Shown piece by piece: positions 47,971-57,939 of a DNA stretch of 64,000 nt. The stretch lies in contig OY970192.1 of NCBI GenBank assembly GCA_963708135.1, positions 1,248,001-1,312,000 on the forward strand. The letters are read 5' to 3'. The position numbers and the translations under genes were made by a program. Position 1 is the stretch's first letter. The number at the start of each line of letters is the position of its first letter. The stretch is from an uncultured Gemmatimonadales bacterium. Lineage in GTDB: Bacteria; Gemmatimonadota; Gemmatimonadetes; Longimicrobiales; RSA9. The notes under the pieces were generated by a model, which ran no database searches, had not been told where the DNA came from, and was given only the letters and a program-made list of their open reading frames with translations.

Positions 47971-49047
47971 GTGTCCCATACCGCCCCCGCCGATCCGGCC
48001 ACGCCCGCGCGGGACTCGGCCACGGCGCCCGCCGCCGGCACCCCGGAGGTGCCCGTCGGCTGGCGCGCCCGCCTGGGCTGGCAGGGGCTCCACTATCCGA
48101 TTCCGCCCGAGGCGAACACCCTGCCCTACATGCTGGGCGGGATCACCTTCTTCGGCATCCTGCTGCTTATCGCGACCGGCATCCTGCTCGACCAGGGCTA
48201 CGACCCCGCGCCGCTCTCGGCCCACGACAGCCTCGTCTACATGGTCGGACGGGTCCCCCTCGGCGCCTGGATCCGTGGGCTCCACTACTGGGCCGCCTCG
48301 CTCGTGCTCGTCTCCGCCGTCCTCCACCTCGTGCGCGTCTTCCGCGCCCGCGCCTACCGCCCCCCGCGCGAGATCCAGTGGTGGCTCGGCGCGACGCTGC
48401 TCCTCCTCCTTTTCGCCCTCGCCTTCACCGGCACCGTCCTGCGCGGCGATCAGGAGGGCATCGAGGCGCTTGCCCACGCCATCGCCGGCGGCCGCCTGGT
48501 GGGCGGACCCGGCGCCCTGCTGGCGCCGGACTTCGCCCCGTCCACGACGCTGCTCGCGCGCATGCACGCCTTCCACGTCAGCGCCCTGCCGCTCCTGCTG
48601 CTCGCGCTCCTGGGCGGCCACTTCTGGCTCGTGCGCACGCTCGGCATACGCTCCGAGGCCGCCCCCGCCCGCCCGTTCGCGTCGCACCTGCGGCGCCTCA
48701 CCGGCGTGGCGCTCCTCCTCTACGCCGCACTCGGCGTTCTCGCCTGGCTCGCTCCGCCACCCCTCGGCTACGCCGGCGTCCAGGGCGCGGAGGTGACCAA
48801 GCCCTTCTGGCCCTTCCTGTGGATCTACGCCGCCGAGAACGGCCTCGGGCTGGGCGGCATGATCCTGGCCCCGGCGATCCTCTTCGCCTTCATCTTCCTC
48901 CTCCCGCTCCTCGACCGCCGCGGCTCCGCCTCCCGCCGGCCTCTCTGGCTGACAGCGCTCGCCGTCCTCCTCCTCGCCGCCTGGGTCGGGGCGTTGCTCT
49001 ATGGCGCGCTCGGGCCCCGGAAGGCGCACCTCGGAATGGGAATGTAG
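47971..49047 (+). CDS. Cytochrome b/b6-family protein (standalone)
   Basis: YMLGGITF; RGLHYWAAS...VLHLVR; AFTG; HAFHV...GGHFWL (four heme-b His in canonical spacing); VTKPFWPFLWIY in place of PEWY. Confidence 0.85.
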   Translation: MSHTAPADPATPARDSATAPAAGTPEVPVGWRARLGWQGLHYPIPPEANTLPYMLGGITFFGILLLIATGILLDQGYDPAPLSAHDSLVYMVGRVPLGAWIRGLHYWAASLVLVSAVLHLVRVFRARAYRPPREIQWWLGATLLLLLFALAFTGTVLRGDQEGIEALAHAIAGGRLVGGPGALLAPDFAPSTTLLARMHAFHVSALPLLLLALLGGHFWLVRTLGIRSEAAPARPFASHLRRLTGVALLLYAALGVLAWLAPPPLGYAGVQGAEVTKPFWPFLWIYAAENGLGLGGMILAPAILFAFIFLLPLLDRRGSASRRPLWLTALAVLLLAAWVGALLYGALGPRKAHLGMGM

Positions 49048-49051
49048 CCAT

Positions 49052-49576
49052 ATGCGCGCACGACCCCTCGCCGCCGGCTCCGCGCTGCTCGCCCTGCTCG
49101 CGCTTCCCGCCGCTCGCGCGGGCGCCCACGAGCACGGCGCGCTCCACCTCGCCCTCGCCACGGTGCAGCCCGGCGACACGCTCCGCGTCGTGGGGGACCA
49201 CATGGAGCACGGGGCGACGCTCCGGCTCGAGCTCCGCGGCACCCTCGCGACGCTCCCCCTCGGCGAAGTCCGCTGCGATTCCGCCGGACGGTTCGAGGCC
49301 GCGCTGCCGCTCGCCTCCAACCTGCGCCCCGGCCACTACGCCCTGGTCGCCATCGCCGATGACGGCGACGAGGCCGGCCGCGCCGAGCTGACCATCGCGG
49401 CGGCCGGCGCGCATGCGGGCGTGGCCGCCCCCCCGGGCGCGCCCGCGCTCGCCGTGGCGCGGGCGGACGCCATGCCGCTCGAGCCGGCCGCCTCCGCCCC
49501 GGCCTCCGCCGTCGTCCTCGGCTTCGTGGCCGTCTGCCTGGCCGGTGGGCTCCTTCTCCTGCGACGCGCCGGCTGA
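49052..49576 (+). CDS. Exported Ig-like protein with N-terminal His motif and C-terminal TM anchor
   Basis: Signal peptide ending AGA|HEHG; beta-rich core with HMEH; C-terminal TM + RR; 4 nt after cytochrome b. Confidence 0.7.
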   Translation: MRARPLAAGSALLALLALPAARAGAHEHGALHLALATVQPGDTLRVVGDHMEHGATLRLELRGTLATLPLGEVRCDSAGRFEAALPLASNLRPGHYALVAIADDGDEAGRAELTIAAAGAHAGVAAPPGAPALAVARADAMPLEPAASAPASAVVLGFVAVCLAGGLLLLRRAG

Positions 49577-49646
49577 GCTCCGCCGCCGGATCCGCGGCGG
49601 CCGGGCGGGGGACGTCCCCGGGGCTGTTGGAAGCACCGGGATGCGA

Positions 49647-49682
49647 AACCCCCCCGGGGCGCATCCGCTCCCCGGGGGGGTT
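49647..49682. terminator. Bidirectional hairpin terminator
   Basis: AACCCCCCCGGGG...CCCCGGGGGGGTT between convergent genes. Confidence 0.7.
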
Positions 49683-49744
49683 CCTCGCCTGTCGGCGGGT
49701 AGGGGCGGTGCCTCGATCGCGCGACTCCGCCCCGACCTCCGCGG

Positions 49745-50146
49745 CTAGACTGCCTGGATGACGCGCTCCATCCGTGCCCTCACCTCGTGCGCCACCGGCA
49801 GGAGCTTCTCGTTGCCCGCGACCTCGAGCTGGGCCACCGGGTCGAGCGCCTCGACCACCGTCTCGCCGTTCCCCGCGTCACGGACCACCACGTTGCACGG
49901 CAGCAGCAGCCCGATGTCCGGCTCAGCCTGCAGCGCCCCGTACGCCAGCGGCGGGTTGCAGGCGCCGAGGATCACGTACGCCGGGAACGCCACGTCCAGC
50001 TTCTTCTTCAGCGTCGCCGCCACATCGATCTCGGTGAGCACGCCGAAGCCCTCCGCGGCGAGCGCCTCCCGGACGCGCCGGTCCGCCTCCGCGAACGGCA
50101 GTGCCATCGTGCGGCGGATCGCGTAGGGTACGATCGTCTCGGCCAT
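49745..50146 (-). CDS. DUF302 domain protein
   Basis: EGFGVLTEIDV...YVILGACNP...IGLLLPCNVVV; GGAGGGAGG RBS. Confidence 0.92.
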   Translation of the reverse strand: MAETIVPYAIRRTMALPFAEADRRVREALAAEGFGVLTEIDVAATLKKKLDVAFPAYVILGACNPPLAYGALQAEPDIGLLLPCNVVVRDAGNGETVVEALDPVAQLEVAGNEKLLPVAHEVRARMERVIQAV

Positions 50147-50181
50147 GGTGCCTCCCTCCGTTGTGTCCGGCTGGCCGCGGC

Positions 50182-51105
50182 TCACATCCTCGGCCGGTAC
50201 AGCAGGACGGGCGCGGCCGTGCCGCGCAGCACCTTGTCGGCCACGCTGCCCAGCAGCAGGCGGGAGAATCCCGTCCGCCCGTGCGTCGCCATCGCGATCA
50301 GGTCCGTCCCGCTCTCCCGCGCGAAGTCCAGGATCCCCACGGCGGGCTGCATCTCGACCACCACTTGCGTCCGCACCACCAGCCCCTCCGCCCGCAGCGA
50401 CTCCGCGCGCACCTCGAGGTACTCCTCCGCCTGCTGCGCCATCCGCTCCAGGTCGCTGGTGTCCAGCGCCTGCACCAGCCCGCCTTCCGGCGGAGAGTAG
50501 CCCGTCAGCACCAGCGGCGAGACCACCCGGATCAGCACGTACTCCGCGCTCGAGAGCGAGCCCAGCGCCGTCGCCGGCTGGAGGATCTGCTCGGCCAGCG
50601 GCGAGCCGTCCAGTGGCACCAGCACCTTCCGGAAGAGTCGCGCCCCCAGGGGCTCCGGATCCGCGGCCGGCCGGACCAGCAGCACCGGGACGGTCGCGTG
50701 CCGCGCCAGCCCGTCCGCCACGCTCCCCAGCCACGCGCGCGCCAGCGGCCCCCGGCCGTGCGTCGTCATCACGATCAGGTCCGCCGCGCTCTCCGCCGCG
50801 AAGCTCGTCAGCGTCTCGACCACCGAGCCCTCCAGCAGATCCCGCTCCGCCGCGATCCCTGGACGCTGCAGCACGCGCTCCGAGAGCGAGGAGAGGTACT
50901 GCGCCTCCTGCTCCTTCGCGTCCATGTCCCACTCGCCGTACGCCCTCACGGGAGCGCCCCGGACGGACCCGGCCGTCGCCAGCGGCACGTGCACGTGCAC
51001 CAGGTGCAGCCGCGCCCCGGTGCGCTCCGCGATGCCCTCCGCCACCGGCACCGCGAACTCTCCGTAGGGCGAGCCGTCGAGCGGGACGAGGATCGAGCGA
51101 TACAT
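50182..51105 (-). CDS. Tandem universal stress protein
   Basis: Two USP domains: ILVPLDGS...MTTHGRG...LGSVAD, repeated. Confidence 0.95.
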   Translation of the reverse strand: MYRSILVPLDGSPYGEFAVPVAEGIAERTGARLHLVHVHVPLATAGSVRGAPVRAYGEWDMDAKEQEAQYLSSLSERVLQRPGIAAERDLLEGSVVETLTSFAAESAADLIVMTTHGRGPLARAWLGSVADGLARHATVPVLLVRPAADPEPLGARLFRKVLVPLDGSPLAEQILQPATALGSLSSAEYVLIRVVSPLVLTGYSPPEGGLVQALDTSDLERMAQQAEEYLEVRAESLRAEGLVVRTQVVVEMQPAVGILDFARESGTDLIAMATHGRTGFSRLLLGSVADKVLRGTAAPVLLYRPRM

Positions 51106-51359
51106 TGCCTGCAGCTCCTTGAACGGGAGACGCCCTCGTTGCTCGACGAATCTGCCCTCGCACACGTGCGCGGTCTGTAGGGGATTTCCGAACAGGGGCG
51201 TCGGGCAGCGGCTGAAAAGCCAGCGTGGTGCGCCCCACGCCGGATCGCGCCTCAGCGCGTATCTTGTGGGCTGTAGCTGGGACGGAACGCCCCACGTCCG
51301 GCGGCGTATCCGTTCCTCGGGACGGGAGCGGCTCGCGGGGTCGCGGGTGGCGGGTGCTC

Positions 51360-51388
51360 TCGACAGCGGTTTCACTTGGGGGTATTCT
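51360..51388 (+). promoter_or_regulatory. Leaderless sigma70 promoter
   Basis: TCGACA-N17-TATTCT-6 nt-ATG; no RBS. Confidence 0.6.
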
Positions 51389-51394
51389 AGGCCG

Positions 51395-52510
51395 ATGCGA
51401 AAGGTGCTACCCATCCTGGCCGCCGCGTTCCTGGCCGGGTGCGGACACGCCGGCGTGCCCGCACCGGCTCCGCGTGCGTCCGGGCTGGAGCGCTGGACGG
51501 GCGCGACGCCCGTGGCCTCCCGTGCCGACGAGCCGCACCTGGCGAACCTGCGCATGCTCACGCACGGCGGCCAGAACGCCGAGGCGTACTTCTCCCCCGA
51601 CGGGCGGCACCTCGTGTTCCAGGCCACCTGGCCGGGCGTCAGCCAGTGCGACCAGATCTTCATGATGGACGTAGCGGGCCGGAACCCGCGTCGCGTCTCG
51701 AACGGAGAAGGCAGGACGACCTGCGCCTTCTTCCTCCCGAACGGCCGCATCCTCTACAGCTCGACCCACGCCGCTTCTCCCGACTGCCCCCTGCCGCCCG
51801 ACCGCAGCCAGGGCTACGTCTGGTCGCTCGACGAGTACGACATCTACACCGCCCGCGCGGATGGCGGCGACGTGCGGCTGCTGGCGGGCGCGCCCGGCTA
51901 CGATGCGGAGGCGACGCTCTCGCCCGATGGGCGCACCATCGTCTTCACGTCAACGCGCGGAGGCGACCTCGACATCTATGCCATGGACGTGGACGGCACC
52001 CACGTGCGCCAGCTGACGCACGAGCTCGGCTATGACGGCGGGCCGTTCTTCTCCGCGGACGGGCGCTTCATCGTCTACCGGGCGTATCATCCGGAGACAC
52101 CCGAGCAGATCGAGGACTACCGTGCCCTGCTGAGTCGGCACCTGGTGCGGCCCACGACCCTCGAGATCTGGATCATGAACGCCGACGGCTCGGGCAAGCG
52201 CCAGGTCACACGCCTCGGCGCCGCCAGCTTCGCCCCGTTCTTCCAGCCCGATGGCCGCCGCATCATCTTCAGCTCCAACTACGGCGACCCGCGCGGGCGC
52301 GAGTTCGATCTCTACAGGATCGGCGTGGATGGCTCCGGGCTCGAACGGATCACGCACGCGCCGGAGTTCGATGGATTCCCGATGTTCACGCCCGATGGGA
52401 GGCACCTCGTGTTCGCCTCCAACCGTGGCGGCGCGCATCCGGGCGACACCAACATCTTCCTGGCCGACTGGGTGGAGAGCCCCGCGGCCGGCGAAGCGAC
52501 CGTGCACTGA
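51395..52510 (+). CDS. TolB-like (PD40) lipoprotein
   Basis: Lipobox LAGC; NAEAYFSPDG, YDAEATLSPDG, YDGGPFFSADG, FDGFPMFTPDG. Confidence 0.9.
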   Translation: MRKVLPILAAAFLAGCGHAGVPAPAPRASGLERWTGATPVASRADEPHLANLRMLTHGGQNAEAYFSPDGRHLVFQATWPGVSQCDQIFMMDVAGRNPRRVSNGEGRTTCAFFLPNGRILYSSTHAASPDCPLPPDRSQGYVWSLDEYDIYTARADGGDVRLLAGAPGYDAEATLSPDGRTIVFTSTRGGDLDIYAMDVDGTHVRQLTHELGYDGGPFFSADGRFIVYRAYHPETPEQIEDYRALLSRHLVRPTTLEIWIMNADGSGKRQVTRLGAASFAPFFQPDGRRIIFSSNYGDPRGREFDLYRIGVDGSGLERITHAPEFDGFPMFTPDGRHLVFASNRGGAHPGDTNIFLADWVESPAAGEATVH

Positions 52511-52560
52511 GCCCCGGCGCCGCCCGCGGGGCGGCGAGCCGGGCGTATCCAGGGGAGACC

Positions 52561-53721
52561 ATGCTGCGAATCGTGGTTCCGACAGAGAGCACACCGGGCG
52601 AGGCGCGCGTCGCGCTCTCGCCCGAGGCGGCCGGCCGCCTCGTCAAGGCCGGATTCGAGGTCGCCGTCGAGAGCGGGGCGGGCGAGCGCGCCGGATTCCC
52701 CGACGAGCAGTACGCCGCCGCCGGCGCCGGCATCGAAGCGGAGCCCGCCGCGCTGCTCGGCTCCGGCGACATCGTCCTCAAGGTACAGCGGCCGCACCGC
52801 CGCGAGGACGGGCTCGATGAGACCGCCACGATGCGCAGTGGCGCCGTCGTCGTTGCGCTGCTCCAGGCGCTGACGGACCCCGACACCGTGGCCGCGCTGG
52901 CCGCCGCCGGAGTCACCGCCTTCGCCATGGAGCTCGTTCCCCGCATCACGCGGGCGCAGAAGATGGACGCGCTCTCCTCCCAGAGCACCGTGGCCGGCTA
53001 CAAGGCGGCGCTGCTCGCCGCGGATACCACGGGCAAGTTCTTCCCCATGCTCATGACGGCCGCCGGCACCATCCCGCCGGCCCGCGTGCTCGTGCTGGGC
53101 GCCGGCGTCGCCGGCCTCCAGGCGATCGCCACCTGCCGGCGCCTGGGCGCGGTAGTCGAGGCCTTCGACACCCGGCCCGCCGTCAAGGAGCAGGTCGAGA
53201 GCCTCGGCGCGTCCTTCGTGGAGCTGTCTCTCGAGACCACGGATGCGGAGGACTCCGGCGGCTACGCGAAGGAGCTCGCGGCCGACCACCTGCGCCGCGA
53301 GCAGGAGCTCATCGGCGCGCGCGCGGCGAAGGCCGACATCGTCATTACCACGGCTCTCGTGCCCGGCCGCAGGGCACCGCTCCTGATCACCGCCGAGGCC
53401 GTGGAGGCCATGCGCCCCGGCTCCGTCGTGATCGACCTCGCCGGCGAGGCCGGCGGCAACTGCGCCGGAGCCGTGGCCGGCGAGACGGTGGTGCAGCGAG
53501 GCGTGAAGATCGTCGCCCCCACGAACCTGCCCGCCCAGCTCCCGCTGCACGCGAGCCAGATGTACGCGCGTAACGTGGAGGCCGTGGTCGTCCACCTCGT
53601 GCAGGACGGTCAGGTCGTGATCGACATGGACGATGAGATCACGCGCGGCGCGGTCGTCACTCACGGCGGCCAGGTCGTGCACGAGCCGACGAAGGCCATT
53701 CTCGACGAGGTGCGTGTATGA
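52561..53721 (+). CDS. pntA: NAD(P) transhydrogenase alpha subunit, part 1
   Basis: RITRAQKMDALSSQ, GKFFPMLMTAAGT, GAGVAGLQA. Confidence 0.97.
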   Translation: MLRIVVPTESTPGEARVALSPEAAGRLVKAGFEVAVESGAGERAGFPDEQYAAAGAGIEAEPAALLGSGDIVLKVQRPHRREDGLDETATMRSGAVVVALLQALTDPDTVAALAAAGVTAFAMELVPRITRAQKMDALSSQSTVAGYKAALLAADTTGKFFPMLMTAAGTIPPARVLVLGAGVAGLQAIATCRRLGAVVEAFDTRPAVKEQVESLGASFVELSLETTDAEDSGGYAKELAADHLRREQELIGARAAKADIVITTALVPGRRAPLLITAEAVEAMRPGSVVIDLAGEAGGNCAGAVAGETVVQRGVKIVAPTNLPAQLPLHASQMYARNVEAVVVHLVQDGQVVIDMDDEITRGAVVTHGGQVVHEPTKAILDEVRV

Positions 53722-54026
53722 GCCAGGAAGTGCTGCTGGGAGCCTACGTGTTCCTGCTCGCGATCTTCGTTGGGTTCGAGGTCATCGGACGGGTGCCCTC
53801 CATTCTCCACACCCCGCTCATGTCCGGCACCAACGCCATCCACGGCATCGTCCTGCTCGGCGCCATGCTCGTCGCCGGCTCCGCGGACACGCCAACCCTC
53901 AAGGTGCTCGGGTTCCTCGCGGTCGTGCTCGGAGCCGCCAACGTGTTCGGCGGCTTCGTCGTCACCGACCGCATGCTCGAGATGTTCAAGAAGAAGCCGG
54001 CCACGGCGCCGGAGGAGAAGCGGTGA
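53718..54026 (+). CDS. pntA: NAD(P) transhydrogenase alpha subunit, part 2
   Basis: LHTPLMSGTNAIHG, GGFVVTDRMLEMF. Confidence 0.96.
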   Translation: MSQEVLLGAYVFLLAIFVGFEVIGRVPSILHTPLMSGTNAIHGIVLLGAMLVAGSADTPTLKVLGFLAVVLGAANVFGGFVVTDRMLEMFKKKPATAPEEKR

Positions 54027-55435
54027 TGGGGCCGCGTGAAGTCATTATCGGGCTGACCTATTTCCTGTCGGCGATCCTCTTCATTCTCGGGCTGAAACAG
54101 CTCTCCTCGCCCGCAACGGCGCGCTCCGGCAACCGCCTCGCCGCCATCGGCATGGCGCTCGCCCTCGTCGTGACGCTGCTCGACCGCCAGATCGTCAGCT
54201 ACACCTCGATCGCCATCGGGACCCTCATCGGCGCGGGCATCGGCATCTACTGGGGCCGCACCGTCAAGATGACCGCCATGCCTCAGATGGTGGCCATCTT
54301 CAATGGCATGGGCGGCGCCACCGCGGCCCTCGTCTCCATCGCCGAATATACCCGCTACAGCGCCGCCGGCGCGGCACTCGCGGCCCCTGGCGTGGGCGAG
54401 CTCGCCTCCGTCGCCCTCGGCACCGCCATCGGCGCCGTATCCGCCACCGGCAGTGTCATTGCCTTCGGCAAGCTCCAGGAGCTCTTCAGCGACAGGCCGC
54501 TCCGCTTTCCCGGCCAGATGGCGTTCAACAGCCTGCTGCTCCTCGTCATCGTCGTGCTCGGCGCGTTCGTGACCGCCGGCCGCGGCGACGCTGCCATCCT
54601 CTGGGGCCTCGCCGGCGCGGCCGGCCTGCTCGGCGTCCTCGCCGTGCTGCCGATCGGTGGCGCGGACATGCCCGTCGTCATCGCGCTCCTCAACTCCTTC
54701 ACCGGCGTGGCGGCGGCGCTCACCGGGTTCGTGGTGAACAACCAGATCCTGGTCGTGGCGGGAGCCCTCGTCGGCGCCTCCGGCATGCTGCTCACGCTGC
54801 TCATGAGCCGCGCCATGAACCGCGCGATCTCGAACGTCCTCTTCGGCGCCTTCGGCGGTGGCGGCGCCGTCGCCCTGAGCGGCGCGGCGGGCAACGGACG
54901 CAAGGTCGTCCGCGAGACCTCGGCCGAGGACGTCGCCATCGCGCTCGCCTTCGCTCGCAACGTCGTGTTCGTGCCCGGTTACGGCCTCGCCGTCGCCCAG
55001 GCACAGCACACCATCCGCGAGCTCGCCGATGAGCTCGAGAAGCGCGGCGTGAACGTCCGGTACGCCATTCATCCCGTCGCCGGCCGCATGCCCGGGCACA
55101 TGAACGTGCTGCTCGCCGAGGCCAACGTCCCCTACGATCAGCTCGCCGAGATGGAGCAGATCAACGGCGAGTTCGACAACACGGACGTCGTGCTGGTCAT
55201 CGGCGCCAACGACGTGGTCAACCCCGCGGCCCGCACGGACCCCGCGAGCCCGATCTTCGGGATGCCGATCCTCGACGTGGACCGGGCACGCAACGTCATC
55301 ATCCTCAAGCGCAGCATGAATCCCGGCTTCGCGGGCATCGACAACGCCCTCTTCTATCGCGACAACAGCCGCATGCTCTTCGGTGACGCCAAGAAGTCGC
55401 TTTCCTCCCTGGTCACCGCCGTCAAGGAGGTGTGA
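54026..55435 (+). CDS. pntB: NAD(P) transhydrogenase beta subunit
   Basis: MTAMPQMVA, IGGADMPVV, HPVAGRMPGHMNVLLAEA, GANDVVNPAA. Confidence 0.97.
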   Translation: MGPREVIIGLTYFLSAILFILGLKQLSSPATARSGNRLAAIGMALALVVTLLDRQIVSYTSIAIGTLIGAGIGIYWGRTVKMTAMPQMVAIFNGMGGATAALVSIAEYTRYSAAGAALAAPGVGELASVALGTAIGAVSATGSVIAFGKLQELFSDRPLRFPGQMAFNSLLLLVIVVLGAFVTAGRGDAAILWGLAGAAGLLGVLAVLPIGGADMPVVIALLNSFTGVAAALTGFVVNNQILVVAGALVGASGMLLTLLMSRAMNRAISNVLFGAFGGGGAVALSGAAGNGRKVVRETSAEDVAIALAFARNVVFVPGYGLAVAQAQHTIRELADELEKRGVNVRYAIHPVAGRMPGHMNVLLAEANVPYDQLAEMEQINGEFDNTDVVLVIGANDVVNPAARTDPASPIFGMPILDVDRARNVIILKRSMNPGFAGIDNALFYRDNSRMLFGDAKKSLSSLVTAVKEV

Positions 55436-55580
55436 GGCCCGGTCCCACGTGCGCTGTAGGCCGATTCCGGACACCGGCGGGCGAATTGCGCCCGTTTTTC
55501 CCCCGCCGAATTCCGCCATACCCCGACGCCCCGGCCCCCCGGCCGGGGTTATTCCTTGCATGTGCGTGGATGAGCGGGGA

Positions 55581-55609
55581 TTGAGAAGCCGCACCGCTTG
55601 CGGTAACTT
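55581..55609 (+). promoter_or_regulatory. sigma70-like promoter of ccm operon
   Basis: TTGAGA-N17-TAACTT. Confidence 0.5.
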
Positions 55610-55633
55610 CAGGCACCAAATGACAACGGAGCC

Positions 55634-56398
55634 ATGACTTACGGGGGATCGATGGGTGCGGAGCCGGCGCGCTGCGTCGCCGAGGCTGACCTGCCGCTCG
55701 CGCTGGATGGCGTGGCGCGGCGCTTTGCCCGGCGCTGGGTGCTGCGCGGCATCCGGCTTTCCGTCGAGCCGGGCGAGGCCGTGGCGCTGATGGGGCGCAA
55801 CGGCAGCGGCAAGACGACGCTGCTCCGGATCGTGTCCACGGCCCTCTCGCCCACGCGGGGCGGCGGCCGGATCTTCGGCCGCGACCTGCTGAGCGAGGGC
55901 GACCGGATCCGCGAGGTGGTGGGCGTGCTCGCCCACTCCGCCGGCCTCTACGAGGACCTCAGCGCCGCCGAGAACCTTCGCTTCGCGCTCCGCATGAACG
56001 GCCTCGCCGCCGACCGGCAGACCATTCTCCGCGTGCTCTCCGAGGTCGGCCTCGCCGGCGAGGTCGATGAGCGCGTGCGCGGCTTCTCGTCCGGCATGCG
56101 ACGCCGGCTCTCGCTCGCTCGCGTGCTGCTCCGGCCCCCCCGACTCCTCCTGCTCGACGAGCCCTACGCCAGCTTCGATGTCGACGGCATCGACCTCGTC
56201 AACGCCTTCGTGCGGCGCGTGGTCGATGGCGGCGGCGCCGCCCTCGTCGCCACGCACGACCTGCGCCGTGCGCTCTCGGTCGTCGACCGCGTCGTCCGCA
56301 TCGAGGACGGCCTCCTCGTCGAGGGCGCCGCGGACACCGCCGAGGACGATGCCTCTCCGGCGGCCGACCCCTTCCTCCTGCAGAGCGAGGGCGTATGA
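55634..56398 (+). CDS. ccmA: Heme exporter ATP-binding protein
   Basis: GRNGSGKTT, LSAAENL, FSSGMRRR, LLDEP; upstream of ccmB. Confidence 0.9.
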   Translation: MTYGGSMGAEPARCVAEADLPLALDGVARRFARRWVLRGIRLSVEPGEAVALMGRNGSGKTTLLRIVSTALSPTRGGGRIFGRDLLSEGDRIREVVGVLAHSAGLYEDLSAAENLRFALRMNGLAADRQTILRVLSEVGLAGEVDERVRGFSSGMRRRLSLARVLLRPPRLLLLDEPYASFDVDGIDLVNAFVRRVVDGGGAALVATHDLRRALSVVDRVVRIEDGLLVEGAADTAEDDASPAADPFLLQSEGV

Positions 56399-57081
56399 GC
56401 GTGCGCGCCGAAATGGCCCGCGTGGGCGCCATCGCGTGGAAGGACCTCACCGCCGAGCGCCGGACCAAGGCCAACTTCAACGCCGTGCTCTTCTTTACGG
56501 CGCTGGTGCTGCTCCTCTTCGGGTTCGCGCTCGGCCCCGACCAGGCCGCGCTCCGCCAGGCCGCCGCCGGCGTGCTCTGGCTCACGATCCTGTTCGGCGG
56601 CGTGCTCTCCTTCAACCGCTCCTACGAGCTCGAGCTCGAGGGTGGCGCCCTCGAGGCGCTCCTGCTCTATCCGGGCGACCGCCGCTCGCTCTTCCTCGGC
56701 AAGCTGCTCGCGAACCTCGCCTTCCTCGCGCTCGTCGAGGTCGTCCTGGTCCCGCTGGCCTCCGTGCTCTACGATCTGCCCCTGCTCGCGCCCGGCGGCG
56801 GCCTCCTGCTCGTCATGGTGCTCGGTACCGTCGGCTTCGTCACCCTCGGGACCTTCTACGCCGCCATGGCCAGCCGCATCCGTGCCCGGGAGGTCATGCT
56901 CCCGCTGCTGCTCTTCCCGATGCTCGTGCCGCTCCTGCTCTGCTCCGTGGAGGCCACCAAGGCCCTCCTCATCGGTGACATCATGGGCGACAGCGGCGCC
57001 TGGATCCGACTGCTCACCGTGTTCGACCTGATCTTCCTGGTGGCGTCCTTCTTCGCCTTCGGCTATGTGATCGAGGAGTAG
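56395..57081 (+). CDS. ccmB: Heme exporter permease
   Basis: WKDLTAERR, LFLGKLLAN, REVMLPLLLFP. Confidence 0.92.
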   Translation: MSVRAEMARVGAIAWKDLTAERRTKANFNAVLFFTALVLLLFGFALGPDQAALRQAAAGVLWLTILFGGVLSFNRSYELELEGGALEALLLYPGDRRSLFLGKLLANLAFLALVEVVLVPLASVLYDLPLLAPGGGLLLVMVLGTVGFVTLGTFYAAMASRIRAREVMLPLLLFPMLVPLLLCSVEATKALLIGDIMGDSGAWIRLLTVFDLIFLVASFFAFGYVIEE

Positions 57082-57086
57082 TTTCA

Positions 57087-57812
57087 ATGGCTTCCACTAC
57101 CATCGACACCGCCTCGCTCCGGCCTCGCTGGCTGCGCATCTGGGGGTGGGCTTCGCTGGCCTTCTTCGTCTTCAGCCAGGTAACGGCGGTCGTCATCTCG
57201 CCGCCCGACCGTGACATGGGAGACCTCGAGAAGATCCTCTACGTCCACGTGCCCGCCGCCTGGATCAGCTTCGTCGCCTATGGCATCGTTTTCGTCTGCA
57301 GCGTCCTCTACCTCTGGAAGCGCGAGATCCGCTACGACCTCGCCGCCGCCGCCGCGGCCGAGGTCGGCGTCGTGCTCACCGGCCTCACGCTCGGCCTCGG
57401 CAGCATCTGGGGACGGCCCACCTGGGGCGTCTGGTGGACCTGGGATGCCCGCCTCACCAGCACCGCCGTGCTCTTCCTCATGTACGTCGGCTATCTCGCG
57501 CTGCGCGCCTTCACCGAGGACGAGCACCGCCGCGCCCGCTGGAGCGCCGCCGTCGGGCTCCTCGGCTTTCTGAACGTCTACATCGTCTACATGTCCGTCC
57601 GCTGGTGGCGTACCCTCCACCAGCTCCAGTCCGCCCCGTCCACGGTCGACCCGCGCTACGGCATCGGACTGCGCCTCAATGCGTTCGCGTTCACCTTCCT
57701 CCTCGTCTACTTCGTCGTCGCACGCTACCGGGTGGCCCGCCTCGAGCGGGAGATCGAAGCCCGGGCGGAGGAGGCGGCACTCGCTCCCGAAGGAGTCGGC
57801 GCCCATGCCTAA
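57087..57812 (+). CDS. ccmC: Cytochrome c biogenesis protein CcmC
   Basis: YVHVP, GSIWGRPTWGVWWTWDARLT (WWD motif), SVRWWRTLHQ. Confidence 0.96.
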   Translation: MASTTIDTASLRPRWLRIWGWASLAFFVFSQVTAVVISPPDRDMGDLEKILYVHVPAAWISFVAYGIVFVCSVLYLWKREIRYDLAAAAAAEVGVVLTGLTLGLGSIWGRPTWGVWWTWDARLTSTAVLFLMYVGYLALRAFTEDEHRRARWSAAVGLLGFLNVYIVYMSVRWWRTLHQLQSAPSTVDPRYGIGLRLNAFAFTFLLVYFVVARYRVARLEREIEARAEEAALAPEGVGAHA

Positions 57813-57939
57813 CAACTGGGATTTCGTCGGGGCCGCCTACGGCCTCACCTGGATCGTCCTGGCCGGCTATACGCTCTACCTCGTTCGCCGCAGGCACGCA
57901 GTCGAAGAGCTGGCAAGAAGGGAGGAGGAGGCGCGATGA
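57805..57939 (+). CDS. ccmD: CcmD
   Basis: MPNNWDFVGAAYGLTWIVLAGYTLYL + basic tail; lies between ccmC and ccmE. Confidence 0.85.
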   Translation: MPNNWDFVGAAYGLTWIVLAGYTLYLVRRRHAVEELARREEEAR

